Below are positions 25,501 to 39,700 of a stretch of DNA of 64,000 nt, piece after piece; the first letter of the stretch is position 1; each line of letters opens with the position of its first letter. Under the pieces are notes generated by a model that was given only the letters and a program-made list of their open reading frames with translations, searched no databases and was not told the origin of the DNA. This DNA is from Octopus vulgaris (taxonomy: Eukaryota): contig OX597830.1 of the NCBI GenBank assembly GCA_951406725.2, forward strand, positions 22,506,001 to 22,570,000, in the 5' to 3' direction. The translations under genes were made by a program, and so were the position numbers.

Positions 25501-27095
25501 CCATTATTTTTTGTATATCAAGAACTACATTGGCATTTAAGGCATTTGAGTGAGATGGTGGGGGAAGATTTTGCTGCTGTTTCTATCCGGTTAGTGAATG
25601 TATATAAGTCTATGGTGTCAGGCATATACATATGTTTACATACACACGTACACATGCATGCACATACATATATGCACATGTGTGTATCCACGTACATGCA
25701 CATTTTAGAATAAAAGTTAGTCTGTTGTGAACCCTGAGGTCCTTTAAGCTGTTTGGAGCATTGAAACAACTGAATATCCGACACCTTGTGAATGGGTCAC
25801 TGGTGGTCATCTATTGCTGAGTGGCCTGAATCAATGTGAAATGAATTGCTTTGCTCGTGGCCACAATGTCGCAATGTTCTGCCATGATCAATATATTGGC
25901 CAATGACTGGTGAAACGTCCAATTTACTATGAATGCTTTTCATTGTGATAATAAACACTATACACTGTCTTTATGCATTGAGTGCATCTTTTAAAGTTTG
26001 TGTTCATAGTTATGCAGAAAAGCAGAAATACGCACATACATACGATATATTTAGGAGTGTGTATGCATGCATATATATATATGTGTGTGTGTGTGTGTGC
26101 ATAAAACATTGCTGGACTGAACTGCTGTAAGCTCCACGGCAGAGAAACAGTGAAAAGCCAATGGTAATCGCAGATATGTTGAAACAATCGATTCTATAAA
26201 AGTATTTATATATTTAGCCTGGGTCTAAAATAATTTGGAGTTAATAAACCAGAAAATGTGTGTGTGTGAGAGAAAGAGCAAACATATGTGGGCTTAACAG
26301 CCAAACAAAAAAAAAAAGAAATTAAGATCCTTTTGTTTCACTTTTGATGTAGTTAGAACTCTGCATGTATTCTCAGTAAATGTGTTTGTGTGTGTATAAT
26401 GTAATGCCTAATATGTACATATGCAGGCGCGCGTGCTCACACTCATACACATACATACTGAATAGGAAAGTGGTAGGAATATGTTATCCTGGTTGGAATT
26501 TTATGTGCAAGTTTATTTATATAAACAGAAGCATTGATAAATATTGGGGCTAACAAACTGGAAAAACTGCAGTGCTTTCATCAAGAGCTGTGTACTGGAC
26601 CCAATAATTGTGTGCATATGAACAAACACGCACATATGTATGTATGTATGCATGTATGTATATATATATATATATGTGTGTGTGTACATGTATTTGTGGA
26701 TGAATACATATATAAGCCTATATATGTATGCCTGTATGTGTGTGTATAAATACATGTATAAGTCTGTGTATGCATGTATAAAGTGTGTTTTTGTAACCAT
26801 CATTATGTCAGCTTCCTCTGCTGGTATTGGTTTATATATATATATATATATATTCTGACATCGAATACTTTGTGTCTTGATTATCCTGTTATGTTCTTTT
26901 CAATTATTTCATTGGTTAAATATCTTTCATTGTTAACTCCATCCAGTTGCACAGGTAATGTGCACAGGTGATGTGTGTGCAGGTGATGCTTGGTTTTCAC
27001 ATCACTTCTTCTTTGTTAAAATGCAGCAGTCTGGAACTATTGCGTTGATGCTGTGTCTCCCACTCACTCTCTCTGTTTTTTTCTGTTCTACTTTC

Positions 27096-27137
<42 letters not shown>

Positions 27138-30100
27138 TTCTTTCTCTCTCACTCTTTCTCCTAATCTCTCTGTCTCTCTCTAGTGGTGTTAATACTGTTT
27201 CTCTTTCATCCAGCTGCTCTAAATTACTTCTGTCAGTTGGCATCCTGTATCAACTGTCTTTTATGTAACATAACTAATGACTGTGTGTAGATGTCTGTCT
27301 GTGTGTGTGTGCATGCATGTGTGTGCAAATATATTTGCAGATATGTGTGTGTGTATGTGTGGTTGTATGTTTTGCTCATCATTGATAATTTAAAATTTCG
27401 TTGGTGAGAGAAAATGGCAGAGTGGTCCAGCATGTTGGGCTAATTGACTACATGGTGAGAAGTTCAAACCTTGCTGGAGCCATTGTTTTCTTTTCTTTTT
27501 TGTTTTACTTTCTAACGACAAGTAGGGAAACCAGCACCTGTGACCCTTTTCAGGGTTTCTGAGATTAGTGGAAGGAATAAGGAAGTTACCTTCAGACTGG
27601 ACATTTGTTCCCTAATGCTTTCAACAAAGTGGACACTATTTCCTTGTGTATAATGTGAGAGATGAAATACAAAATATCAGGATGAAATCTGAGTGGGAGT
27701 CTAGCATTTTGCATGGATGTTAAAAGGATTTTTTTTCTAAGGTACAAACAATTTAGGGTCCCATTATAGTCAAAATAATATTGTACTTAAATAACTATGA
27801 TATATTACATGAACCATTTAAACTGGGAGTAAGCTACCTGGAAGGATGATGTTTCTCTTAGTTCATTCATATAATGCAGTAGCTCTCAACCATCTCTTGT
27901 CTATGGATCTCTGCGATTGCTATTTTACCCAGGTGGACCTTCATAGCCATTCATTTATAACCAAATATTAGGAATTGTATAAAAATAATTGCTAAAATAT
28001 TTTGTGTGTTGTAGAAGCATAACCAATTTATTACACATAAATTTTAACAACGAAATCTTTTATGAATCTCCAAGGGCCACATGCATCCACAAGGGCCATA
28101 TAGATCCCAGTTGAGAATCACTGATGTAATGCATTGAAGGTGTAAATAGTATTATTGTAGAAGTCATAGTTATTTGCCAAGCAAGTAGAATTCTGTAATA
28201 AATTACCATTATGACTCTTTATATTTTGAGTTTAAATGCTGTCAAGGTTAACTTTGTCTTGCATCCTTTTGGGAGTCAGTATGATATTGGTGTCTCGTAG
28301 TCCGAGAAAGATGGTTTTCGCAATTACTGGCTGAACGACTTGCACAAATGATTTGTTTATAGTGATCAAATGTACGTGCTGTGCATTAGCTCACTTCCTC
28401 TCCATCAAGTCGATGTTACCTGAACAGGTGCACTGTGTACCACACGTCAGATGTCAAAGTGATTGCAGATCGGCATGGAATGTTTTGCTCAAAAACATAA
28501 CACACACAACACAGGGATTGAAACTATGGTCTTGTGATTGTGAGCACAACACTCTCACCACTAGACCAAGTACTCTTAGCTGGAAGGTGGAGGCTCAATA
28601 TCATATAACCCTAACCAGCCAAGTACTGAGGGTCAGTACTCAACTAATCTTTTCCCAAAATCACTGGCTTTATGTCTAAACAAAGGAAATGATTCCCCAA
28701 CATGGTCACAGATTCTGGCTGAAACCAATAACAGTAAAGTAATCCTTCGCCATATCACAGTTCACCTATTATGGTTTTATTATTTAAGCTTACGTCAATT
28801 CCTCTCTGGTGTTGTTTTGCATTTATAATAAAATATATATGAATTATAAAAATGATTTTAAAAAAAATTGTATAGTGCAGTATTGTTTCTACTTTGCAGA
28901 TTTTCACCTATCACAGGGGGTTTTGGAATTTAACACCTGTGATAGTCGAGGGATTACTGTAAATGTTTTTCTTTTATTTAAAAAAAAAATTTTTGTTACC
29001 TGAAGAATATTTGGTTTTGAGGGGAAAAAAAGGAAAATTCAGTAAATTCTATTTTTTTTCACCTTGTTTTAAAATGCCCCATTTATGTTTTATAAATATC
29101 TGTGTATAAGAAAATAATAGTATCAGTGTATGTGTGTGTGTGTGTGTAATGCATGTATGCATGTATGTAGTGTATGTATGTAATATGTGTGGTGTGTGTG
29201 TGTATGCTTGTATGGTTATATATATATGTGAACATGTAGCTGCAGATGTTGGCATATTTATAAATATTTACATGTGTGGAAAATATTGGCATACATACGT
29301 ATTCCATGTGTGAATATTTTGATTTGAGTTTTTAATTTTTCATTTCTTTTATTTCTCAGCCTCTTCAGCTCTCTCTCTCTCTCCTTCCTCTTAATTGTCT
29401 ATTTCACTTTCTCATCTATTGGTAGCACTTTCTTTCTATTCTACCATGCTATCTCTTCCTATCTCTCTGCCTGTCTGTCTGTGTTTGTGTCTCTTTGTCT
29501 GTCCCTTTCTCTCTCTGTCCCTTTCTCTCTCTCTCTGTCCCTTTCTCTCTCTCTGTCCCTTTCTCTCTCTCTCTCTTTCTCTCTCTGTCTCTTTCTCTCT
29601 TTGTCTCTGTCTCTCCATCACTTTATCTCTGTCTATACATCTTTCTCCCTATCTGTCTCTCCGTCTGTCTGTCTCTCTATCGTTTTCTCTATCCCCTCAG
29701 AATTAAGGAAACCAAGTTGTAAGTACTGTTTCTATTATATTCTGGACATAATGCTATTTGCAGTGGCTTGCCAGTTTATCGGTGTGTATATTTTATTCCA
29801 GTGCCCCCTAATCTCTGCCAGGAGATACTAGTTTTAACTCCTTGCATTTTAGGTACAAGATTTTCAACTAGAACCTTTCAAAATATGTTTGGCTTTTTTT
29901 TGCACCTCAATTCCTCTGCTATTTTACCCTTTGTTTTATATAATTTTTCTGTTATTTTTTGTTTTATTTTCTTTTTTATAATATTTTAAATTTTCTTTTA
30001 TTTTTCTTGTTTGTTGTTCATTCTATTCCCCCTCTCCCACCAACCCTTTCTTCTCTCATTTGTTTCCATTGAAGTAAATGTGGAAAACAGAAGGGTGAGG

Positions 30101-31527
30101 AGGAGACCAAGTTTTGCACTGTGTGTTAATATATATTCTAAGTTTGTAATTATGTATGTGTGTGTGTGTGTGTAGTAGCAGTAGTTGTTGTCCATGAGGT
30201 TTAAATCTGGCAAGTTTAGAGACCACACATTTGTTACATAATCATAAGGATTGTCTGACATCCATTCTTAGATATACTTAGTCTTTGTGAGAAGGTGCTG
30301 AGTCTTGTTGAAACACGTGGCCTTTTATGTCATCCATTCAGGGCTTAACAACTGTTTGCAGCATCTCAATGTGTATCCAAAAGCATTAATTCTAAGACTT
30401 TGTAGAAAGATGTGAGTTGGCATGACATGACATTCATTACTCACCTCTCCTAAAACCATCACAGTTGCTGGAAACTTAATGTGTATAACTCTGGGGACAT
30501 TGGAAAGATCTACACATAACCATCTGTCGTTCTGCTGTTAGACTTATAGTCTTTCTTGGTTGAAGTTTTTCTCATCAGAGAAGAACCAAAGCATGCCATG
30601 TTTGTGAGGGTTTTCCAAGCCTTGTTAAGTAACTACTTGGCATAGATCAAATCAATTTTCTTGTGACTTTGCTGACATGAATTGGCCTCAGCACATCTCA
30701 TCATATGTCCTCACAGTTCTGATGGTTCATTCAGACACCTTAAGTTCTTTGGTGATGGCTCTTGATTTTCTGGGTTTACCATCAATAAGGCTTTAAACTC
30801 ATTTGATAAATTGCCATGTCCTTATAGTGTTTGAATATATTTTTCTCTTTTATACAGCTGAAACATTCCTGCGAGAGGTTTCCAATTCCTGCTGATCTTT
30901 GTACAAAAAAAATCTTGCAACATTTAAGAAGTTTGCAATTTCTAAATCATTATGTTATATAGGCCTGGCAACAATAACTGCATGTCTTTTCATTTCTTGT
31001 GTTCATATTTTATTTGTTATGGAGTTTCTGAAAGCAATCAAAAGCTTTAAATTGGTTTGAAGAGAGTAATACACTGTAGAGTGTCCCCAAATATTCCTCA
31101 TACTCTGTATACATGTGTGTGTGTGTGTGTGTATAGGATAAAATCTTTATAAGAATTTATCAAGTAGTTAGCGTGAAAAACCTCATAAGGGAAAAATTTA
31201 TTAATTATTCTCTATACACACACACACCTATATCTGATTACATATGCATATACATGTGTATTCATAAATGCATATATTATATGTGTATACACATATTGTC
31301 TATATGTATATGCATATGTATTTACATGTACATGGGTGTGTGTTTGTGTAATTACATGTATATATGTATAGATGTGCATATATATGTATATACATATATA
31401 CATAGTGTTTGAAAGAAATAATTTCATATATACATGTGTGTATGTATGTATGTATGTATGTCTATGAATGTATATGTGTATACACGCGCACACACATAGT
31501 TTCAATTGTCATGTGTGTGTGTATGTA

Positions 31528-31569
<42 letters not shown>

Positions 31570-33716
31570 TATATACATATATATACACACACACACACAT
31601 GCATTTGTGTGTGTGTGTTCATTAAGTATGTATGGAACTCATAGTGCCAATTTACAAACACCTCCTAGTTTTTGCCCTGTATAGTGTGTGAGCATGTGTG
31701 TGTGTGTGTACATGAATGTATGGGCATTGTTTTACATAATGTCAACAATTTCTATATAAACCACTTGTTTCTAGAACATTAACCATTTTTTCTTGAGTTT
31801 GTTGTGGTTAGTTTTTGTTGTTATTTAGAAATTTATTTTGCTTTCTTTCTAGATTGTTCTAGTATTTCAGTGCTATTTATATTCCAAACCTCTTGAAAGT
31901 AACTACTAAAATGTCTTTTTTCTTTTTTGTTTGGAATGACAGTTTTTCTTTCTTTTTTTTTTTTTTTTTCATTTGCATTTATCATTATTATTATTATTAA
32001 GGCAGCAAGCTGGCAGAACCATTAGCACACCAGGCAAAATGCTTAGCGGTATTTCTCCTGTCTTTATGTCCTGAGTTCAAATTCTGCCGTGGTTGACTTT
32101 GCCTTTCATCCTTCTGGGGGTCGATAAATTAAGCACCAGTGAAACACTGGGGTTGATCTAATTGACTAGTCCCTTCTCCCCAAATTTCAAACCTTTTACC
32201 TTCAGTAACAAGGATTATTATTATTATTATTATTATTATTAATAAGGTGGTGAGCTGGCAGAATCATTAGGCTGTTGGGCAAAATGCTTAGCGGCATTTC
32301 ATCAGTATGTTCTGAGTTCAAATTCCGCTGACGTCAACTTTGCCTTTCATCCTTTCAGGGTCGATAAACTAAGTACCAGTCAAGTACTGGGGTTGATGTG
32401 ATTGACTTATCCCTCCCCACAAATTTCAGGCCTTGTGCCTATAGTAGAAAGGATTATTATTATTATCATTAAGGTGGTGAGCTATTGTAGTAGTAGTAGT
32501 AGTAGTAGTAATATTGGCAGGATTGTGTTAGTGAAGATGGGTCCCAGTGCCTCTGGCCGATGCATGCTCGGGAGGTCCTGCTGAAGGTCAGGCACTGGTG
32601 GTCTGCCTGGGAGTGAAGGCAAGGAGTAGTAGTAATGACAGTGGTTGTAGTAATTTCAGGCGTGGTGGTTGTAATAGTTTAGTGTATGAGCAAGAATAAT
32701 GTCATATCTTGTTACATTGCAATTTCAAATCTCACTTGAGTATGTGACTCCAGACGAATGGAAAACAGACTAAAATGGATTTAGTATACTCTATCCATTT
32801 CCTACAAAAATTTGCTATACATCTAGCAAAATGCTTTAAGAAAAATAATTACATATATAATATTGAGACCCCCTTCAGTCATGACTGACCGTGGGATTGC
32901 ACCTAGAAAGTTACCCTCCCAGGCACAAGTCTGGGCAAGGTTGTTTATGGAAGACCAGCAGTCGTCCATGCATACCGGCTTCCCCTCTCCACGCCACCAG
33001 TGTTATCCAAGGGAAAGGCAAAGGCGGATACAGCTTGGCACCTGTGACGTCGCAACTCATTTCTACAGCTGAGTGAACTGGAGCAACGTGAAATAAAGTG
33101 TCTTGCTCATGAACACAACACGCAGCCCGGTCCGGGATTCAAACTCACAACCTCACGATTGTAAGCTCGACGCTCTAACCACTGAGCCATGCGCCTTCAC
33201 TGTTATATAATAATTCAGTCTTACTGGGAGTTGATAATCCTTTATCTGAAATATTTCAAGTAAAGAAAGGGTTTAATCCTTTAGTATTTAATTTGGCCAT
33301 ATTTTACCAAAATATTCTACTTGTTTTATATCCAAACTGGCCACATTTAGCTTCTTGCACCTATCCTACAATGTCGTTCTAATAATTAGCAATCACATTA
33401 TTGAAATTTCTTAGCTACATGAATAATTCAAAAGAATGTGAATAAATAAGTATTAGATTTGACAGAGTAATCTGAATGCTAAAGGGTTAAAAAAAAAGGG
33501 TTGTGTTAGTGAAGGGTGTAGGTGAGGATAAAACAAATGTGTAAAAATCAGAAATTTAATTTTTTTTTTTTTTTTTTTTGTGGTTGGCTAAGTGAAGTGA
33601 ATATGTAAAGAGGCAAATTTGGTTTTGGTGGAAATTGGAATACTCTTAAAGTTGAAACTGTTACACGTCATGTGAGACCTGAATAAACACCAAATTTACA
33701 TAAACCTACATTCGTG

Positions 33717-33751
<35 letters not shown>

Positions 33752-36700
33752 AGGTATTATGAAATGTAATTGAATAATGTATTGAGATTTGAAACTTGGG
33801 TTCCACACCCAGGCTGTACCACATATATACATATATATATGTCTTCATCATCATTTAAGGTCCGTTTTCTATGCTGGCATAGGTTAGAAGGTTCGACCAG
33901 GACTGGTAAGCCAGAGAGCTGTACCAAGCTCCAGTCTGATATATGTATGTAATCATCATCACTGTTAAGTGCTCCTCTTCCATGCTGCTGTGGATTGGAT
34001 GGTTCAACAGGATGTGAAGCCAGAATACTGCACTGAACCCCAGTACCTGCTTTGGCATAATTCCTTTGGCCTGATGGCCTTCCTAAATACACACTGTAAA
34101 ACTGTGTGTGTAGTTGCTTTTTGGAATTGGATCCTGAAGTACATATAAAACTTTAAATAACTGCATGTAAATATTATGTTGGAAAACCCTTTTGGCCTTC
34201 ATCCTTTCAGGGTTGATAAATTAAGTACCAGTGATACACTGGGGTTGATGTAATCGACTAGTCCCTTCTCTGAAATTTCTCTCCTTGTGCCTTTAGTAGA
34301 ATGGATTATTATTATTATTATTATTATTATTAAGATGGCAAGCTGGCAGAATCGTTAGCTTGCTGGGCAAAATGCTTAGCAGTATTTTATCAGTCTTCAC
34401 ATTTTGAGTTTGAATTCCACCGAGGTTGACTTTGCCGTCTATTCTTTTGGGGGTCGATAAAATAAGTACCAGTTGAGTACTGGGGTTGATGTGATTGACT
34501 AGTCCCTTCCCCAAAATTCCAGGCCTTGTGCCTTTAGTAGAAAGGATTATTATTATTATTATTATTATTATTAAGATGGTGAGTTGGCAGAATTGTTAGC
34601 ATGCCAGGCAAAATGCTTAGCAGTATTTCATCAGTCTTCACATTTTAAAATAAGTACCAGTTGAGTACTGGGGTTGATGTAATCGATTAGTCCCCTGCCT
34701 CAAATTTCAGGCCCTGTTCCTACAGTAGAAAAGACAATTAAGCTGGTGTTTGGAACCTGAATCGATTTGGAATTTTGATGGAGGGTTTTATGTTAGATCA
34801 CTTTAAAACTGGAAATTTGTCTCATGGAACCGTGGGCAGTCTTGGGCAGGTTAGCACAAAAAGAGTTAAACCAGGTGACAGATTAAGCCTGTTGTCCAAG
34901 AATGGCACCAAAAAATTTGTCTCTGTGTCAGAGTTAGAAATGATTATCTGATTCAGAGATCCACCACCTTCACCCCCGATTCCATTCCCACCCTAGTTGT
35001 TATCAATTTGACCTCAGTCAAAGGTCATCGTGAATATTGTCAATTAATTGTATACAAAACTATAGTCTCTCAGCACTAAATCTGTATTTATTTTATTTAA
35101 AAAAATTTTTATATAGCAGTGGAACCCGTGGAAATGTAGGGCAGGGAGCAGTGGGTTGGATGTTTTTAGGGTGCTAATGAAGGTGAAAGGTGGGTGGCCT
35201 AGTGATTAGGGTGTTGCACTCAGGTTCACAAGATCATAGTTCCAGTTCCCTGCAGTGCATGTGTGGTAAGAAGCTTACTTCCCAACCATATGGTTCAGGG
35301 TTCAGTCCCACATGGTAAAGTGTCTTCTACTATAGACTCGGGGCTGACCAAATCCTTGAGTGGATTTGATAGACAGAAACTGAAAGAAGCCCATCATTAT
35401 ATATATATATATATATATATAAAATCATTTAATGTCTCCCTTCTATGTTGGCATGGGTTAGATGATGTAACAGGAGCTGACCGAGCAGAACCCTGCACCA
35501 TACTTCTGTATCTGTTTTGGCACAGTTTTTACAGCTGGATGCCCTTCCTACCATCCAATGTCTGTGTTTGTCACTTCTACTCCTGCCACTTGACAACTGG
35601 TGTTGGTGTGTTTACATCCCTGTAACTTAGCAGTTTGGCAAAAGACACCAATAGAATAAGTACCAGGCTAAAAATATAAATAAAATAATGATGAAAAACA
35701 CTTTTTTTTACTAAAAGTTTTTCACGGCAGTGCTCCAGAATGGTTGCAGCCTAATGATTGAAATAAAAGATAAAGTGCTTAATTTCAGGCTGCTCCAATC
35801 CATGTAACTATAAATAAGTAATGTTGTGGTGGTCCACTCAAGGCAGTAATGTCCTGAGGTTGATGATGATGATGACGATGTTTATATGGTGGCACCAGAT
35901 TGTGTGTATTTAAGGCTGGTGACCCCCATCAAGGGTTGGAGTTTTTCTTTGTGCAAGTAAGGCTATATTTAATATTTGTCTTTGGTCAACAAAAGGCAAA
36001 TGTGTATTAAGCAAATTTAAAATGTTTTGTATGATTGTATCTTTCATAGTCATTAATCCTGATTCTAATCTGTTCCAGTCTTTCATCTTGACTTTTGTCT
36101 CAGTCATTAAGTTCACTCTTTATTCCAGTTTATGATGCTGACCTCTGTCCTTATAACCCTGACATCTACTATAGTTAATGATTCTGATCTTTATCTTGGC
36201 TCATAATCCAGACCTCTGCTTCAGCCCATAATCTTGGCTTTTACAACAACCTATAAGCCTGGCTTTTACAACAGTCTATAAGCCTGGCCTCTACAATAGC
36301 CTTAAAAGATTAGCTTCCACAACAGCCTATAAGCCTGGCCTCTGCCTCAGCCTATAAGCCCAGTTTTTTATCCTTTGTCCCAGTTTTTAATCCTGACCAA
36401 AGCCACAGTTTGTAATCTCGGCTTCTGTCTCTGTTTATAATTTCAAACACTTTCTTATTCTATTATCTTCACTCCTACACAACCTTTAATTCTGACTTCT
36501 GACTCAGCCTATAATCGCAGTCAAAACTATATCGTCATTAAGGATGTGTATTCACTATGAATGCACATGCATTTGAATGAGCAGACACCCAAATATATCC
36601 TTATGTAAGATAATGTACCAACTATACCAGTTGACTACATGCCTCATATTGAAAACATTCACTCTTGTTCTTGCATACATACATACATAACATTTTTACA

Positions 36701-39700
36701 CATAGATTGTATCCGCACACACACACACACACTCTATTTCACTCTCTCTTTGTCTCTTTCTCTCTCAGGTATGTGGTATATCTCTACACATGCATACCTA
36801 CACACTGATACATGCTATATCCTTACTAATATATTTATAATGTCCTTGTTAATATATTTCAGATGTGTGGTATATCTACCTACCATATCTCTACTCATGC
36901 ATATCTTTCCTGGGAGTATTGGCACTACTGTGTGAGTATTATTGCTTCTTTTACGAATTGTTGTTGTTGTTACTCCTGTGAAACCAGTTGTTAAACCTTT
37001 TGATACCAACATGCCTGAGATAGCCCCAAATTCTATAACATAAACTTGCTGTTTTAAAGTGGTCTAAATTATAATCTTCCATCAAGATTTTATGCTAAAT
37101 TGTTTCAGGCCTTAGCTTAATAATTTTATTTATTTATTTATGTGCCCTTTTCAAGCCTAGCCAGGCTCATGGGCCTGGTTTCCCAGTTTCCCTGGCATAT
37201 GTGTTCCCCCCAGCCGGACGGGACGCCTGTCCATCGCAGTGTTACTCAAGAAACAGGAAGAAAGAGTGAGATAAAGTTGGGGCGAAAGAGTACAACAGTG
37301 GTCACCAGCACCACCCCCTGCCGGAGCCTCGTGGAGCTTTAGGTGTTTTTGCTCAATAAACACACACAACGCCCGGTCTGGGAATCGAAACCGCGATCCT
37401 CCGACCGCGAGTCCACTGCCCTAACCACTGGGCCTTTGCGCCTCCAAAGCTTAATAATTAGAAAGTTATTTTACTAAATTCTTCATAATTTAAGAAATTA
37501 ATTGAAACAAAACCAGCATATGTTAACAGACATACGGTAACAAAAGGGTTAAATCTGTTTTGTGAGTTAGCATGTTAAATATATATTGGGAGTATCATTG
37601 TTACTCCTGTTTCAAACTGTTGCTGGCTCTGCTGTGTGATTATTGTTGTCAAGGCAACGTACTGGTAGATTCATTATTGAGTTGGACAAAATTCTTAGCG
37701 GCATTTCTTCCACTCTTCATGTTCTTTATTCAGATTCTGCCATGGTTGACTTTGCCTTTCATATTTTCGGGGTCAGTTAAACACCAGTTGACCACTATGG
37801 CTGATGTGATCAACATACACTCCTCTCTTAAAATTCCTGGCCTTGTGTCAACATTTTAAACCATTGTGGGTATTATTGTTACTCCTCTGTTAACAATTGT
37901 AAAATCTGCTTTGTGAGTAGTACGTTATTTATATCAGAAATATTGTATACAGGCGCAGGAGTGGCTGTGTGGTAAGTAGCTTGCTTACCAACTACATGGT
38001 TCCAGGTTCAGTCCCACTGCATGGCGCCTTGGACAAGTGTCTTCTACTATAGCCTTTTACATTCAGATTGACTCTGTCAAATGTAATGCTTATATATTTA
38101 CATTATTTTGAATTAATCATGTAATTATCTGGTAGCTTTGAGCTTTTGATGATGTAATTGTTTAATTTTGGAATGACATTGTAGGCTAGGTATGAGAAGC
38201 CAGATCTGGCCAGTTTGAACATAAAACAGAATATTTGGGTTTGATATGGTTGGTTTAAATGCCAAGAGGTTAATCAACTTACTGAGGGATAAAAGTGCTC
38301 AGTTGGCAGAATTGTTAGTATCCTTGCAGTATTTGTTGAGACTCTCTGCATTCTGAGTTCAGATCCTATGCAGGTCAGCTTTGTCTCTTTGGGCGGAGGT
38401 GGGGGGTGGGGTCAATAAAAAGGTTAGCAATCCAGGTTAATGGACTGGTAGAACTATTGGAGAATCAGGTGAGGTTTCCTTGTGGCATCATATCAAACTC
38501 ATTGTGTTCTGACAGCGATGCCTGAGATGAACTGGTATGCCAAGATGCTAAGGCGGTGAGCTGGCAGAAAGGTTAACATGCCAGGCGAAATGCTTAGTGG
38601 TATTTCGTCTGCCACTACGTTCTGAATTCAAATTCTGCCGAGGTCGACTTTGCCTTTCATCCTTTCAGGGTTGATTAAATAAGTACCAGTTACACACTGG
38701 GTCGATATAATCGGCTTAATCCGTTTGTCTGTCCTCTCTGTGTTTAGCCCCTTGTGGGTAGTAAAGAAATAGGTATGCCAAGATGTATCTGTTATTACCC
38801 TTGGATAAACACCAGTGGCATGGAGAGGGAAGATTTGCATGCATGGCAACTGCTTGCCTTCCTCAAAAAAAAACAAAAAAACTTGCCCAGTCCTCTGCAT
38901 ACATGTACAGCTGTATGGTCAACCTTGTCTGACAGCCCCTACACTTCAAAATCCATATCAACTGACTTGGTATTTTTTTGTTTTCTAAGACTTTGTTCTT
39001 ACACTTCATTAAATTCTTATTTGTGATTGTAATACTTTTAATATCTAATTGAATGTTACTTCATCTGTTTCTTACCTTTTCTCTTCTGCAGTGTGCACTC
39101 CTGTCGGATTTGCTCGGATGTTCACTGTTATGGGACAGCTAGTTGTGAAACCGCAGGTCTGTACAAAGTTTGTTTTATGTTTGGATTGTTAGGGGTGGCA
39201 TTAGCATGTTAGATTTCACTGAATGTAAAGTACAGTAGGGTTAAAATAGAGAACTACATAACTTTATAACCCTTTTGTTACCATATTTCTGTTGAAATAA
39301 ACTTTCCATTTCAATCAGTTTTGAATATGATGAAGAATTTCCCAACATAGCTTTGTCATTATTCAGCTGGTGATTGGAACATATATTAACATGAAATTTT
39401 GATGGAAAGCTTAAATTTAAATCAATTTAAAACAAAATTTGTTTCATAGAACTTGGATTGGTCTCATGTGGGTTGATATCAAAAAAGGGTTAAAACTATA
39501 AGTTCTCTTGACAATACCATTGATGCTGCTATACGGAAGGCATAATACTAAGTTTACTTCCACTATCTTACAAAACTGTCTCAAAGGAGTCTGCTCTCTC
39601 TCCTCATACTCTCCTCTACTCTAGTGGTTAAGGTTTTGACCTCATGATCACAAGGTCATGGGTTCCATTCTTGGACTGAGTTGTGCAATGTGCCCTTGAG

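Noticed and set aside
26812-26823. Possible 12-nt in-frame microexon (ASSA)
   Set aside because: Weak pyrimidine tract and weak donor (gtattg); expected by chance.
30075-30094. Possible exon gaag|TAAATG...AGAAGG|gtgagg
   Set aside because: 20 nt, frameshifting, weak GAAG acceptor.
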